Source: Eledone cirrhosa (taxonomy: Eukaryota). Taken from it: DNA of 64,000 bases. Each line of letters opens with the position of its first letter. Positions within the stretch are counted from its first letter, which is position 1. Positions 61,840-64,000 of the stretch are shown one piece after another. Location of the stretch: contig OZ024740.1 in NCBI GenBank assembly GCA_964016885.1, forward strand, positions 376,092,001-376,156,000. The letters are read 5' to 3'. A model generated the notes under the pieces. That model did not search any database, was not told the origin of the DNA, and worked only from the letters and a program-made list of their open reading frames with translations. Both the position numbers and the translations under genes were made by a program.

Positions 61840-63082
61840 ATAAATCTACCAAGAGTTTACGGTAGTGTCCAATCCGTATGAAGAACTCAATGTATTCCGG
61901 ATATCATGGAAAGAAGAAATGTAATGAAAAATCACTTTCGGTGAAAGATAAACGGTATACAGAGTCAAGATAAAATATTAAACAAATAATGAATAAACAA
62001 TTCCTTATATTAACCAAAAAAAGTTCATTATTTAACGATCGTTTCTAGGATATATATGTGTTAGAGTTGGCATGCATATTCAACAGATCTATGTACAAAA
62101 TTATACAAAATTATACAAACTATCAAGATTAAATATACATACCAACACATATATACGCCGTCTTCAGAAATAATGAAATATATTTATTGATAATAACAAC
62201 AATTCAAACTTTCAGGTCCGTTTGGGAACAAAATTGACCAATGAAAATACAAAAGGTTTAATGCCGTTCGGTGTGTGTATATACATGTAATAACCCATAC
62301 ACATATTTTACAAAAATGTATGCACAACCTGTATACTCATACAAAAAGGATGGATGCAAATACAAAATTTCAAGGTTAATGTCTCTGTAAGTTTATAATG
62401 CACAGATAAGATGCGTATAGATACATAAATATGAAATAAATGTATACACAAATTTTCATACTAACACATATCCGTACAATCACACATACACGCGCGTATA
62501 TGCATAAACATACACATAAACTACAAACATACAAACACACACACACACCACCACTCACATATATATATGTGGATATAAAATCCTAAGCACATGGATATTA
62601 ATTCACTCACATAAACACTGGCACACACATTTAGATAAAGATACAGAAATTAGGTGGGAGAGGGGGGAGAGGTCAGTATTCAACGGTTTGGGCTGCCTGC
62701 TTAATATAGATGTATCTATAAACTAAGAAAATAAAAAATAATAATAAATAATAAATAATAAATAAACATTAAAAAGGAAAGAAAAGAAAAAGAAAAAAGA
62801 AAAAAGAAAAAAGAAATATATCAAGAAAATATATATATATACATATATATATATATCTATATATATATATATTTATATATACATATACATACATATATAC
62901 ATACATACACATACATACTCACACACACACACACATATACATATACACATACACATATACAAACACATACATACGTATACACACATCCACACTTAGAACA
63001 TAACATACACACACATATATAAACATATACATATATACACATAGATACAAATACACACATACATATAAATACACATATATAT

Positions 63083-63149
<67 letters not shown>

Positions 63150-63440
63150 CATACACTCATACATACGCATATAATCACACATACTATATAGACACACATA
63201 TATATACACACATACATACACATATACCTATACTTACATACATATATACATACAGATATACACATACATACCTATATATACACACAAATACATACAGACA
63301 TATATACATACATACAGACAAATACTTACGCATCTATATATCGGTATATACATACAAACACCACTACACTCTCACACAACTCAGACATACAAAGAAAAAG
63401 GTATATACCCATACACATATACATATACAAATAGAGAAAC

Positions 63441-63504
<64 letters not shown>

Positions 63505-63724
63505 ATACATATACATATACACATACACACATACACATACAAACACATACATACATGTACACACACATAGATATATATACACACACATACACACATACAC
63601 ATACATATATAGTCATACACACACATACACCTACACGAACATACACATACACATATACAAAGATATATACACACACACACACACACATACACACACACAC
63701 ATATATATAAAAAAAAAATAAAGA

Positions 63725-63792
<68 letters not shown>

Positions 63793-64000
63793 CACATACA
63801 TACACACATACACAGACATACACGTACATACATACATATACATAGATACATACACATACATACATACCTATATATATACACTCATAGACATATACATACA
63901 TACACACACAACATACATACACACATATATACTCATACATAGAATTAGATATATAAACATACATACATACGCACTTACGTATACTCATATATACCAATAC
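61840..64000 (-). mobile_element. Diverged third copy of the Naiad-like C 3' region, running off the window
   Basis: 61970-62740 homologous to 52500-53275; CACAACTCAGACATACA landmark at 63374 vs 54173. Confidence 0.85.
62024..62177 (-). ncRNA. Type I hammerhead (second copy of the 52563 motif)
   Basis: Same stem I, CTGAAGA core and GAAA-CGATCG-TT; conserved more than the flanks. Confidence 0.82.

Overview
AT-rich, microsatellite-saturated eukaryotic DNA, most likely a cephalopod (Octopus-like SINE motifs; this is inference from memory, not a search). No host protein-coding gene can be supported; most listed ORFs are (TA)n/(CA)n artefacts. The window is a pile of decayed Penelope-like retroelements (PLEs: RT plus C-terminal GIY-YIG endonuclease) of at least three clades: Naiad-like, Neptune-like and a third, probably Nematis-like. 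Most sit in (TA)n tracts, often with inverted pseudo-LTRs. It also holds two non-autonomous Helitrons (one carrying a 93/91-bp satellite with a 459-bp higher-order repeat) and tRNA-type SINEs. The main hidden layer is RNA structure: about 20 type I hammerhead ribozyme (HHR) motifs from about 10 repeat families, folded by eye. At least three apparently unrelated families use the compensatory U3:A8 core (UUGANAA instead of CUGANGA). An intact minimal HHR lies in a highly structured 452-bp tandem unit resembling a non-LTR retrozyme. There are many ribozyme-bearing fold-back mini-elements and a ~7.8-kb near-perfect palindrome.
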